Both the position numbers and the translations under genes were made by a program. Shown in pieces: positions 26,290 to 36,099 of a DNA stretch of 64,000 nt. Within the stretch, counting starts at the first letter, position 1, and every line of letters begins with the position of its first letter. The notes below the pieces were generated by a model. That model was not told the DNA's origin, searched no databases, and worked only from the letters and a program-made list of their open reading frames with translations. Source of the stretch: Candidatus Thorarchaeota archaeon (GTDB taxonomy: Archaea > Asgardarchaeota > Thorarchaeia > Thorarchaeales > Thorarchaeaceae); the NCBI GenBank assembly GCA_020348985.1, contig CP070761.1, positions 1,553,249 through 1,617,248 on the forward strand, written 5' to 3'.

Positions 26290-27868
26290 TGGGGTCAAAG
26301 GCATCGATAGCAATTAGGACTGCTCTGAAAGCATAGATTCTGAACGTGTAGGTAATCGGAACATCGCTATGATTCTCAAGTAACGAGATTAATTCATCTA
26401 TTGAGCCGTCGCCAAAACCCGACACGAGTCCTGGTAGAGACTCGATTGTAATATTTTGAACCCCGTTGCCGCTGGCAATCATTATGTCTCCTGCAAGCTG
26501 AGCCAATGTTGTGTAGACAAGGTTCAGCCTTCCAAAGACATCAGTTATGTTTCCAGCCTGAGCAATGCGCATTTCCCAAGTGCCTTCAAGCCCACCTATT
26601 GTCGAAGAATAGGAATGTACAAGGTATTCTCCGACATCGCCGTCCATTTCATGAGAGAAGAACGAGCGACTGCATCGTACCTGTATGGTGTCCCATAGAG
26701 ACAAGCTCTCAACAGTTAGGGCATTTGACTTCATGAAGATCGTGTCAAGGTCTTGATAGTCATCAAGAATGAATGGATCTACGAGAATCCCTGTAGTGAA
26801 CCCGAACGATTCGGCTGATTCAGCGAGAAGCTCGGATTCATACAGAATAACTGAATCATCGATTGAATCGAAGGTGTTTCTCATGAGTCCCGAGAACCCT
26901 GCGATGTTGATTTGCCGAGCTTGACTCATCAAGTACTGCCATTCATTCAGGGACAGAGTCATGTCATATAGAACCCTGTGGGAGATTTGTGATCTATTGC
27001 ATTCGTCAATGACTGCATGTAGAACCTCTGTTGAGTTTTTCAACTCGTCAAAGACATCTTGAATCAGAAGTGTGGTTCCCAGATTCGCAGAATCAGCTTC
27101 TACGATATGCGGACGACTGGGTGACAGGACAATTGTGCAGGGAATTTGGGAATCATTGAGAACTGAGAACCAATCGGTAAGACGGAGCCAAGCCGCAGAC
27201 TCGGCCACATTCAGTCTGAAGCTCAAACCAAGGCTGTTGTTTGAGACCGATTTCACTATCTCAGTGGTAGGGCTGAATTCAGTGTATGGAAACTCAAAGT
27301 CAGACAAGGGTACATCAAGTGTGATTTCCGGGATGGCTCCTGGATGCGCAGATGCGATTGGAGTCTGACCCATTATGACTATAGAAATCGGAAAGAGAAG
27401 CCCAATTACGTTCAGAAAGATGAGCCAGGCTACTCCCTTCCGACCAAGTTCTCTCTTTGACCCTGGGATCCTGAAACGGCCGACTATAACTACAATCGCG
27501 CCGCAAAAAGCGTTGGCTAGCAGAACAATTATGAACCCTCTGACCAATGATGACAGTACGCCTAGAATGAGCACTGAAATGAGCATTATTATGAAAGGGA
27601 ATATTGCCGCGCGTTTCTCATTATAGCCCCTTAGAAGAATGGGTATGATGACAATCAATGGGATCACATATAGGGCCAACGGAAGAGATTCTAGAAATCC
27701 ATTCCGAGCGAGAGTCATTCGCACACTAATCGAAATCACGGTATATATGATAAGAAGCACGTCGAATAGAAGCACGGACAAAACAAACCGATGTAATAGC
27801 AAATCCAGTCTTCGGTCTGATTCTATACGAATTCTTGCGGATTCACGTGATGATTGTATCAGCTCCAT
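26279..27868 (-). CDS. Membrane protein with about 5 N-terminal TMs and a large extracytoplasmic domain
   Basis: 529-aa ORF; hydrophobic N-terminal third, acidic remainder with N-x-S/T sequons. Confidence 0.75.
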   Translation of the reverse strand: MELIQSSRESARIRIESDRRLDLLLHRFVLSVLLFDVLLIIYTVISISVRMTLARNGFLESLPLALYVIPLIVIIPILLRGYNEKRAAIFPFIIMLISVLILGVLSSLVRGFIIVLLANAFCGAIVVIVGRFRIPGSKRELGRKGVAWLIFLNVIGLLFPISIVIMGQTPIASAHPGAIPEITLDVPLSDFEFPYTEFSPTTEIVKSVSNNSLGLSFRLNVAESAAWLRLTDWFSVLNDSQIPCTIVLSPSRPHIVEADSANLGTTLLIQDVFDELKNSTEVLHAVIDECNRSQISHRVLYDMTLSLNEWQYLMSQARQINIAGFSGLMRNTFDSIDDSVILYESELLAESAESFGFTTGILVDPFILDDYQDLDTIFMKSNALTVESLSLWDTIQVRCSRSFFSHEMDGDVGEYLVHSYSSTIGGLEGTWEMRIAQAGNITDVFGRLNLVYTTLAQLAGDIMIASGNGVQNITIESLPGLVSGFGDGSIDELISLLENHSDVPITYTFRIYAFRAVLIAIDAFDPIMF

Positions 27869-27912
27869 CTCAGTCTTGCGAGCCTAGTGCGTGTTGATAA
27901 ACCTCTTGACTA

Positions 27913-29190
27913 GTGTCCAGACTTGAGACATTCACTGATGGACCGGCAGGAACAAGAAGAGGTGCCTTGAAGGACAGTGTGGTGGAATCCATGTACGATG
28001 TTGTCGTTGTAGGAGCAGGACCGGCTGGCTCTACGGCGGCAATGTACCTAGCCAAGATGGGTTTCGATGTCTGCCTCATCGATAGACAGCAATTCCCGAG
28101 AGACAAGCCGTGTGGTGGCGGCTTTGGCCTGGAACTCCTTAATGAGTTTCCTTGGCTGGGAAGAAGGTCGGATGAATTTCTCTCGGTTATCTGCAAGAGA
28201 GGAGTGGCTCATTCCCCGAACAGAGTTCATACATTGAAGTCTGATGTAGATCTCGCAGTTGCCCAAAGAACGGACTTCGACAAAGCAATTTATGAATCAG
28301 CACTGGAGCACGGCGCAGACATTCACACACCTCACAGAGTGAAAAACATCTCAACAAGGAACCACAGCGTTCTAGTGTCCACAGCAAGAGGTAAGCAATT
28401 CGAGACTCGAGTTTTGGTTGGCGCTGATGGCGTCAACAGTCTTGTTGTCCGTGAATTGGGTTTGCAGAGCAGATGGCCAAAAGGGTCTACAGTCCCGTGC
28501 AACGTCGTAGAAATTCCGGCGAAGATTAGCCAGATAATCGACCTATACGGAGAAGAAAGGGAGTACCACTTCTTTGCAGATGTTGGTGGTCTCCCTGGCT
28601 ACGGATGGATATTCCCGAAAAAAGAAACTGTGAATGTCGGCATGGGAGCTATAGATACACACTCTGCAGGCCTGCCTCGCAAGTTCAGAGCATTCATCCG
28701 AATGCTTCAGAGAGATGGATATCTAATGGAGAAAGTCGATTTGACAGGAGTCCAAGGTGGTCTTGTTCCCATCAAAGGGCCGATTTCTAGGACGTATGCA
28801 AACCGCTGCCTGCTAGTGGGCGATTCAGCCGGAATGGTCAATCCCTTGACTGGAGGAGGAATCGCTCTAGCAATGAGAGCGGCTAAAATAGCGGCCTCCA
28901 CGCTTGAGACAAGCCTTGAGAATGACTCTCTTTCCGAGCAGCATCTCTCTGTGTATCAAAGGAAATGGACCAGCGATTTCGGAAGCAAAATGCGGACTCT
29001 GCTTCTGGCCCAGAGAGTCGCTACTTCGAGCATACTTGACTTGCTGTTCGTAATAGCCAGTCGAGATGAGGTAATCACAGAGATGGTTGGGAGCTCATTC
29101 TCAGAGGCATCTGAACCATCGTTTGATGTGTTCAGTCTCGCAATCCGAGCTGCATTGGTCTGTATCCGAAGTGCCTTCCATATGGGCTAG
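27913..29190 (+). CDS. Geranylgeranyl reductase family FAD oxidoreductase
   Basis: VVGAGPAGS, RDKPCGG, GADG, GYGWIFPK, GDSAG, NPLTGGGI; true start may be ATG 27991. Confidence 0.9.
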   Translation: MSRLETFTDGPAGTRRGALKDSVVESMYDVVVVGAGPAGSTAAMYLAKMGFDVCLIDRQQFPRDKPCGGGFGLELLNEFPWLGRRSDEFLSVICKRGVAHSPNRVHTLKSDVDLAVAQRTDFDKAIYESALEHGADIHTPHRVKNISTRNHSVLVSTARGKQFETRVLVGADGVNSLVVRELGLQSRWPKGSTVPCNVVEIPAKISQIIDLYGEEREYHFFADVGGLPGYGWIFPKKETVNVGMGAIDTHSAGLPRKFRAFIRMLQRDGYLMEKVDLTGVQGGLVPIKGPISRTYANRCLLVGDSAGMVNPLTGGGIALAMRAAKIAASTLETSLENDSLSEQHLSVYQRKWTSDFGSKMRTLLLAQRVATSSILDLLFVIASRDEVITEMVGSSFSEASEPSFDVFSLAIRAALVCIRSAFHMG

Positions 29191-29217
29191 GACAGCTGAC
29201 TAGAACACCCAAGGTGA

Positions 29218-29778
29218 CTAGTCAGCAGAATCGAGCGCGTCCGTTTCAAGACCTTCAATTAGACAATGGATATCAGGTCGTCCCAGAAGCTTCCGTCGGG
29301 TTTCAGATAGATTATTGATTACACACGAAATACCAACGCATGTTGCACCAAGCTTCTCAAGGACCTTCAGCAATGCTAGAACAGTTGTTCCCTGAATGAG
29401 CCAATCATCGACAATGGCAACACGATCTCCGGGATCAATTGATTCCGTGACGAGCGCCAATCGCCTGTCAGCTAGCCTACTAACGGGCAGCCATTCAACT
29501 CCACGTTTGTAATCCTCCGGAAGATATGCTATAGACCTTGCAGGGACAATTCCACAGCCAAGGTAGTACGCAATTGCACTCCCCAGAGCCAACCCCCGCT
29601 GTTCGATTCCGATGACTTTGTTTGGCTTGAGTTCAAGCAGTGGTTTCGCTAACGCGACAACTGCTTCGTGAAATACCGTAGGGTGCTCAATCAGTCGGCT
29701 AATATCAATGACCGCCTTTCCGGGTTCAGGCCAGTCGTTTATCACTTCAACGTATTCGCGGAAGTCTATGTCTGTCAT
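29218..29778 (-). CDS. apt: Adenine phosphoribosyltransferase-like (type I PRTase)
   Basis: DWPEPG...DIS, GIEQRG, PRPP loop VAIVDDWLIQGTT. Confidence 0.75.
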   Translation of the reverse strand: MTDIDFREYVEVINDWPEPGKAVIDISRLIEHPTVFHEAVVALAKPLLELKPNKVIGIEQRGLALGSAIAYYLGCGIVPARSIAYLPEDYKRGVEWLPVSRLADRRLALVTESIDPGDRVAIVDDWLIQGTTVLALLKVLEKLGATCVGISCVINNLSETRRKLLGRPDIHCLIEGLETDALDSAD

Positions 29779-29985
29779 TGCTTTCCCAAACAGTTGTCGC
29801 CGAAAGCGTGAGATATACCTTTCTGTGCCGCTGGACTCTATAGAGCAGTCTTTGGGCCCCTTGCTCCCGTTGGCTCAATTTGGTAGGCTTCGGGGTCGGC
29901 CCGGGACTCTTAGGCGAATGGAAGCTCCACGAAACAGTTATGAATCAAGTCCATATTCGCAATCCGTACACGACATGGAGAGGGC

Positions 29986-31251
29986 TTGACTCTGATAGTC
30001 CCAGGCACTACAGTTTCAGTGACCTTGTCACCTGGCTTTGTTGAGATAAGGGATAAGGGCATTGTGAAGAAGAAGATTCTCACGAAGAACAAATCATTCG
30101 AGACTGTGCTGGAGGAAGTTGAGAGCTACTTCAATTACATTGGGAGACGCCTAGCACCTGGATTGTTGAAGGATGTCATGATTAGGATTGGTGTTCCACA
30201 AGTGAAGCTGATTGTGGATGAAAAGGAGCCCGTGTCTATCAAGAAGGAAGAACCCAAACCAAAAGAGCCCAAGGCCTCACCAAGGGTTCCTTCAGAACCA
30301 AAAGTGGAAAAGCCTCCTGCACTGGCTCAACCCGAAGCCAAGCCTGAGATCAAGGCAACACTTGAGGACCAGGAGCTCCTGGATATTGAGTCGGCTTTGT
30401 CGGTGGTAGAATCCTTGAGCGATTCATTCATGACACCCGCAGACATTGGGAATGGAATCCCCGCAGCTCCACCAGAAATTCGCATCGATGTTAAGGGTGC
30501 TGAGGAGATAGCTGCGTCAGTGGGGACACGTCCTACTGTCCCGGAAGTTTCAGCAGTAGCGACTAAGGATGACGTTGCTGATGCAGAAACCATCACGCCG
30601 GCTGAGACTGCTGTTGAAGATGCACCATTGGGGTCGTTTGATCCTGTTCAAGCACTAGAGGAGGCAACTCCAGCCCATGTTGTGAAACCACTAGTGGATC
30701 AGAAGGCAATTATCCTGGGTGAGGAAAACGTCGGAAAAGCAAGTCTGATCAAAGGTGCTACGTTGGGTTCGATTCTAACAGAAGACTTGTCCTCGCCATA
30801 CATCCATGACCGAGTCTTCGAACTCACTAACCATCGTGTCAAGCTTCATGTTTGGTCATTTGACGAAGCCTCTCAGCTAAAGGTGCCACGAGCTGAATTC
30901 TACTCCGACACGGGTGTAGTGATAATTGTCTATTCAGCCGCCGATAGATGGAGTTTCCAGAGCATTGACTTCTGGCTGAAAGAGGCGCTGGTTACTCTTG
31001 ACGCTGTACCTCCACTTGTGATTGTCGGCAACAAATCGGATTTGAGAGACGCAGCAACTCCTGGCCAGCAGCCGGTTTCCAAGGATGAGGGATTCAAACT
31101 GGCGGAAGAGCTAGCAAAGTCACATGGTGGTAACGGCAAGCTGCATCCAGTAGCGTTCATCGAGACTTCCTGCGAAACAGGGGAGGGAGTAGAGGATGTG
31201 TTCAAAACCGCCGCGGAGCTCTCTTTGCGATCCCGGCCGCCTGCAGAATAG
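29986..31251 (+). CDS. Ras/Rab-like small GTPase domain (degenerate G1/G3) fused to an N-terminal domain by a P/E/A-rich linker
   Basis: GEENVGKASL, LHVWSFDE, VIIVYS, VGNKSDL, FIETSCETGEGVEDVF. Confidence 0.82.
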   Translation: MTLIVPGTTVSVTLSPGFVEIRDKGIVKKKILTKNKSFETVLEEVESYFNYIGRRLAPGLLKDVMIRIGVPQVKLIVDEKEPVSIKKEEPKPKEPKASPRVPSEPKVEKPPALAQPEAKPEIKATLEDQELLDIESALSVVESLSDSFMTPADIGNGIPAAPPEIRIDVKGAEEIAASVGTRPTVPEVSAVATKDDVADAETITPAETAVEDAPLGSFDPVQALEEATPAHVVKPLVDQKAIILGEENVGKASLIKGATLGSILTEDLSSPYIHDRVFELTNHRVKLHVWSFDEASQLKVPRAEFYSDTGVVIIVYSAADRWSFQSIDFWLKEALVTLDAVPPLVIVGNKSDLRDAATPGQQPVSKDEGFKLAEELAKSHGGNGKLHPVAFIETSCETGEGVEDVFKTAAELSLRSRPPAE

Positions 31252-31420
31252 AGGACTTCTTGCATATGGGCGGAGCAATGTTTTATCTTATCTGAATCCA
31301 TTGACACTATGCAGGCTGTCGGACTGATTAGCAGAGATGCTAACCACTGGGAACAGTCAAATAGTGCCCCCACACATCCCGAATTGACGCACCATATCCA
31401 ATACGACGACGACGGCCTAA

Positions 31421-31738
31421 GTGGTGATTAGCACGGTAGAGTATTGTGAGAGCTGTGGCAAGGAAGCAGAACCCCCAGTTCCGGCCAGGAGGCTCGAAGA
31501 GAGCTTCGCAAACGACGAGAGGAGAAGACTCTGCCTTTGCTTGGATTGTTTCGGAAAGCGCTTCAAGGTTGTCACAAAGAAGAGATCGGGCTATGGTGGC
31601 ACAATATACGAGTTGGAGGACAAGCCGAGTCCTCGGTTCGGCATTGGAAGTAAGACATTCTCTTGCTTGAGATGCGAGTGGGTTGCGTGGACAGACGAGG
31701 GACTGGCAATTCACACACGAAAGAAACACCAATCTTGA
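31421..31738 (+). CDS. Small Zn-finger protein
   Basis: CESC...CLCLDC and C-terminal CLRC...HTRKKH (C2H2-like). Confidence 0.75.
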   Translation: MVISTVEYCESCGKEAEPPVPARRLEESFANDERRRLCLCLDCFGKRFKVVTKKRSGYGGTIYELEDKPSPRFGIGSKTFSCLRCEWVAWTDEGLAIHTRKKHQS

Positions 31739-31748
31739 GACAATCAAT

Positions 31749-32399
31749 TCATTGATTGATGGCATATCTGTCTGGTTCTTTTACGATTTCATGTCCGTGG
31801 ACACTGATGCCCTGAACCTTTCTAGCTGCATTCTCGAGCATCCCCATCCTGTAGGCCGCCGTCCGAGGACCAAGACCATGAAGCCAGTCAAGACGGGACA
31901 TGTCTAGTCGGTCATTCTGAGAGAAGTAGACGCGCAGGTCTGATGCTATCGAGTTTGTCCGATCAAACATTGCAGCCGTAAGTCCGGCGCTAGGTGCGCC
32001 GAAAGCAAGAAGTATCCAGATTGGAATCAGTTGGTCGTTCCCAAAGAAGTCAAAGAATAGCACGAATCCGGAAAGCATCGGCTGAAGTAGAGATAGTAAA
32101 ACCAGCCCTAGTGCCAGATGTTGGGATGCATCATCACTACCTAGGCCCGCCACACCAATGATGTCTTGCTCAGGGGGAAACAAGTATATCAAGACCCCGC
32201 CTGAGGCGATGCCGACCGCAAACGCCGATGACAACAAGTAGAAGGGATAGGCGAACGCATGGTCCATCCAGATCTGTGGGAAGCTTATCAGTGACTGCGC
32301 CACAAGAGTGGCGGATATGACGACTGCTCCTACAATGAAACCAGGCCAACTGAAGAATTCATACCTTCTAGTCATGATGTCTCCATTCATGTCAGCCAT
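31749..32399 (-). CDS. Membrane protein (about 4 TM), unknown function
   Basis: 216-aa ORF with hydrophobic segments. Confidence 0.72.
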   Translation of the reverse strand: MADMNGDIMTRRYEFFSWPGFIVGAVVISATLVAQSLISFPQIWMDHAFAYPFYLLSSAFAVGIASGGVLIYLFPPEQDIIGVAGLGSDDASQHLALGLVLLSLLQPMLSGFVLFFDFFGNDQLIPIWILLAFGAPSAGLTAAMFDRTNSIASDLRVYFSQNDRLDMSRLDWLHGLGPRTAAYRMGMLENAARKVQGISVHGHEIVKEPDRYAINQ

Positions 32400-32547
32400 C
32401 TATTTCGCGATCCGTCAGAATATTCTATGCCCAGATAACTCACATTCTGAGATAAAGCTTGTCCCGTCGGACGACCTGTATGAAGCCAGTAGTACAATCT
32501 TCGTTTCTTAGAAAGTGCAATTTATAACATAATTACAGAAAACTGAC

Positions 32548-33276
32548 GTGCCACAGTACAATGTGGAGAGGGAGTACTTGGACGCAAACACAATCATCGA
32601 CCTTCAATCTGTTTCTCGGATTTATGAGATGGGCGAGATCAAAGTTCACGCATTGAGAGGTGTGTCACTTGAGGTCAAGCGCGGTGAGGCCATCGGTATC
32701 ATGGGACCGAGTGGGTCAGGCAAGACAACGTTGCTGAACCTCATCGGAGCTCTCGATCGTCCTTCCTCAGGACGAGTCTTCATCGATAACGTTGACATCA
32801 CCAATATGAACGAACAAGAGCTAACGGTTGTAAGGAGAGACAAGATCTCGTTTGTGTTCCAGTTCTTCAACTTGCTACCGGTACTGAGCGCGAGAGAGAA
32901 CGTGGAGCTTCCGCTTCTGATTGCTGGAGTCGAAGAAGACACCAGAGTGTCGCGTGTGAATCACCTTTTGGAGCTTGTAGGACTCACCGACCGAGCAGAC
33001 CATCGGCCAGATGAACTAAGCGGCGGAGAGCAGCAACGAGTCGCAATCGCACGAGCACTAGCCAAACCACATGGTTCCGCGAGCTCAGTTGTGGTCTTGG
33101 CCGACGAGCCAACGGGAGACCTAGACACGACCACTGGCGAAGAGGTCATGCAAGTACTCATTGATCTTACACGAGGAGAAGGTGGCACTCTGATAGTTGT
33201 CACACATGACCCAGATGTGGGAGAGAGGATGGACAGAGTCTACACTATGAGAGATGGGCAGATCACGAATTCGTAA
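32548..33276 (+). CDS. ABC ATP-binding protein, LolD/MacB type
   Basis: GPSGSGKT, FVFQFFNL, ELSGGEQQRVAIARAL, ADEPTGDLD, VTHD. Confidence 0.92.
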   Translation: MPQYNVEREYLDANTIIDLQSVSRIYEMGEIKVHALRGVSLEVKRGEAIGIMGPSGSGKTTLLNLIGALDRPSSGRVFIDNVDITNMNEQELTVVRRDKISFVFQFFNLLPVLSARENVELPLLIAGVEEDTRVSRVNHLLELVGLTDRADHRPDELSGGEQQRVAIARALAKPHGSASSVVVLADEPTGDLDTTTGEEVMQVLIDLTRGEGGTLIVVTHDPDVGERMDRVYTMRDGQITNS

Positions 33277-33291
33277 AGAGAGGAAAACACA

Positions 33292-36099
33292 TTGGCAGCA
33301 GTACCAGTTGGCTATGAGGCATTTCACAGCCTCCGCAGAAAAGTTGTGACTCTAGTCTGTTTTCTGTTGGCATCAGGGATGGCAATGGGCATTGCTGTGT
33401 ATGTTGATTCTACCTCGGTTCACGAATGGAACCGATTGACTGATATCGGGCCCATAGCCATGACTATTGACGTCGATGGCTATCGCCCGACGGATGTAGC
33501 AAGTGTATTGGAAATACCATCTGTCGAGAAAGCCGCGACAATCGAAGCACGATGGATTGATCTATACCCGATTGACGCGGTACCTGACGACTACTATTAC
33601 TACTACTATGGTGGAGGAAGAGCAGTCGCCTTCGATAGTGAATATCTGGAAGCCTTTCCTTCAGTCTACCAAATTGTTGAGGGGAGATTCCCTGAGAATC
33701 ATAGTGAGATAGCACTTGAACTAGAAATTGCTGAGTCGTATGACCACAGTGTTGGGGAATTGCTCAACGTATCGACCATGGCTTACATCGACTACGATTG
33801 GCAGCCGTACTATCAGGTCATGGAGATTGTGGGACTGTTCCGGACGCCAACTTCAGGTCTCATTCAAGACCCCTGGGATTGGTACTACTATTCGGATTTC
33901 GGAATAGGAATCTTCTGGCCTGGTGCATTTCCAGACGACGGAGATGAGCGGACTTCAATCCACGTTGATGTCGACAGATCTGCGATTACTCCGTTCGACG
34001 CGAGAGGGTCTCTAACATTCATTCTGAGCATCGAAGAGCTGATTCGAGAACTCGACCCAGGATACTCACCTCAAACACCGTGGTCCAGATTCCAAGTAAA
34101 TGGTCTGTTGTCCCGAGGAATTGTCGAATTCACAGAGTGGCAGTCTGCTACACGCTTTGGGCAATTGACGCGGGCAGCAGGTATTATCCTGTTGGCAGGC
34201 CTTGTCATGTTCCTCGCCATAAGGCACAACGTGAATGAAAGACGATATGAAGCAAACATGTTGGTCTCAAGAGGGGCATCCAAGGGTGCAGTCGACGGCA
34301 TTGTGAATAGAGAGATTGGAATTCTATCGTTACCCGGGCTCTTGATAGGTCTGGGTGTGGGCATCTTGTTGAGTAGGATTGCCATTGCGTCGACAGGATT
34401 CATGGAGTTCGACATGGCACGCCTCATTGGGGAACCGTTTCTGATTACTCTTGATTCGCTTGTTCTTGCAATAGTCATTGGTGTAGCAGTTCCGATAGGA
34501 TCTCTCCTCTCTTATCGGATTGTATACTCGACAAGGAAACCAGTCGAAGAACAAACCGGCAAATTAGCCAAAATCGCAAAGGGGCTTCATCTGATTCGTT
34601 GGGATGTTCTTGTACTCGTTCTCACGAGTTTTCTTGTGTTCGCGCTCTTCTCTAGTGGTTCTGCAATCCAACTCAATCCATTGCTTTCTCTTCTACTTGA
34701 CGTTGCACCGCTCGCGCTTTTTCTTGCGGTCGCGTCTCTCTCAATTAAGGGGCTCAGGCGTGGCGCTGGGCTAATATCAAGGGGTATGAAGAGAGTTGTG
34801 GGACATGTACCTTCGATTATTGGCATAAGGAGAATTGGAAAAGGTGCATCATCCGCTGGAGCAGTGGCGATTGTGATGGTTCTCGCCATGAGTACAGCCT
34901 GGAGTTTCTCCGTACTGGGATCATCCCTTCCTCCGACGAAGATTAGCCATGCGCGTTTTGCGTTTGGCGGGGATGTTGTGTTTCATCTAGATGACACACA
35001 GAACTCCAGCTGGAATACGTTTCTCGATAACGTGACTTCTGATATTGACACCCAGGCTGCAGCATTGGTTTCCGTTTCGCAAATGTACCTTTCCGCTTCA
35101 GGAGGAGACAATGTTGACGCAGTCGCCATGAATCCTCTTGAGTATAGAAACGTTGGATATGACTATCTTGGGTCAATGCTGAACGATTCAGCCCTAGGCA
35201 ATAGTCTAGAGGAGCTCAACTCTAATCCAGAAGGAGCCATAATCACTCAGGACATTGCAGATAGCTATGGACTTGTTGCAGGAGATTCATTCCGAGCTTT
35301 CATTGATACAGGCCTTGAGCAAATTGTCTTTACTTTCACTGTCATTTCAGTGCACGTCGGTCTCTCAAACTGCCTGTTCCTTGAGTCTGGTAACGACGCC
35401 CCAACTTGGTGGTGGAGTTTCGTCCAAGTTGGTGCTCGTGTAATCTGGGTGAACAAGAACTTCCTAAGTGCTCAAATTGATCTCATAGAAGCTGCTGACA
35501 GTGTGGTCTGCGTTCGGACCAGGCACGGAGCAAATGGAACGAACATAGCTATGAGAGTCCTTGATCAGGGGGGGACACAGGTTGTCAGAGTTGAGCAATG
35601 GAACACTGTAACAAAAGAATTGGCAGAATACATGACTATCGCGAGCTACCGCATGGACAGAGCGGTCGACAATATGCTTCTCTTCACAATGGTAGGAGTC
35701 GTGTTTGGAGCATTCACAGTCTATGCAGCCGAAGGACTCCGTGAGAAACGAAGAGAGATCGCATTGATGCGATCGATGGGGGCAGGTACTCCCTTGGTTG
35801 TCAGATCACAGATTGCAGAGATGCTCGTACTTCTCATCGTCAGTGTGTTGCTCCTATTCGGATATGGACCGCTTTCATTCTCCATTACGCTTCTCACCTA
35901 TCCCACTTCGTATTACTACTACCCGGTATCAGTCTTTCCAGTTATCCCTTGGGTCTCTATGTTTTCGATTCTCTTCCTCTTCATTCTCTCAATCCTGGCA
36001 TATACGGTAGTTGTTTCGATCATGGGCTCTAGAGTCATACTTCATGATGCACTCAATGCTGCATGGGCCGAAGCGGGTCCGTATGGAGGTGACCTCTAA
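33292..36099 (+). CDS. FtsX/MacB-family ABC permease, duplicated architecture
   Basis: Two FtsX repeats (ERRYEANMLVSRGAS; REIALMRSMGA) with large extracellular loops. Confidence 0.88.
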   Translation: MAAVPVGYEAFHSLRRKVVTLVCFLLASGMAMGIAVYVDSTSVHEWNRLTDIGPIAMTIDVDGYRPTDVASVLEIPSVEKAATIEARWIDLYPIDAVPDDYYYYYYGGGRAVAFDSEYLEAFPSVYQIVEGRFPENHSEIALELEIAESYDHSVGELLNVSTMAYIDYDWQPYYQVMEIVGLFRTPTSGLIQDPWDWYYYSDFGIGIFWPGAFPDDGDERTSIHVDVDRSAITPFDARGSLTFILSIEELIRELDPGYSPQTPWSRFQVNGLLSRGIVEFTEWQSATRFGQLTRAAGIILLAGLVMFLAIRHNVNERRYEANMLVSRGASKGAVDGIVNREIGILSLPGLLIGLGVGILLSRIAIASTGFMEFDMARLIGEPFLITLDSLVLAIVIGVAVPIGSLLSYRIVYSTRKPVEEQTGKLAKIAKGLHLIRWDVLVLVLTSFLVFALFSSGSAIQLNPLLSLLLDVAPLALFLAVASLSIKGLRRGAGLISRGMKRVVGHVPSIIGIRRIGKGASSAGAVAIVMVLAMSTAWSFSVLGSSLPPTKISHARFAFGGDVVFHLDDTQNSSWNTFLDNVTSDIDTQAAALVSVSQMYLSASGGDNVDAVAMNPLEYRNVGYDYLGSMLNDSALGNSLEELNSNPEGAIITQDIADSYGLVAGDSFRAFIDTGLEQIVFTFTVISVHVGLSNCLFLESGNDAPTWWWSFVQVGARVIWVNKNFLSAQIDLIEAADSVVCVRTRHGANGTNIAMRVLDQGGTQVVRVEQWNTVTKELAEYMTIASYRMDRAVDNMLLFTMVGVVFGAFTVYAAEGLREKRREIALMRSMGAGTPLVVRSQIAEMLVLLIVSVLLLFGYGPLSFSITLLTYPTSYYYYPVSVFPVIPWVSMFSILFLFILSILAYTVVVSIMGSRVILHDALNAAWAEAGPYGGDL

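Noticed and set aside
29863-29929. tRNA-like stretch (GCTCCCG...GCTCAATTTGGTAGGC...TGGAAGC-T-CCA)
   Set aside because: Only 67 nt, mismatch in the acceptor stem, no 7-nt anticodon loop and no T-arm (GTTCRA). At best a decayed remnant; tRNAscan-SE would settle it.
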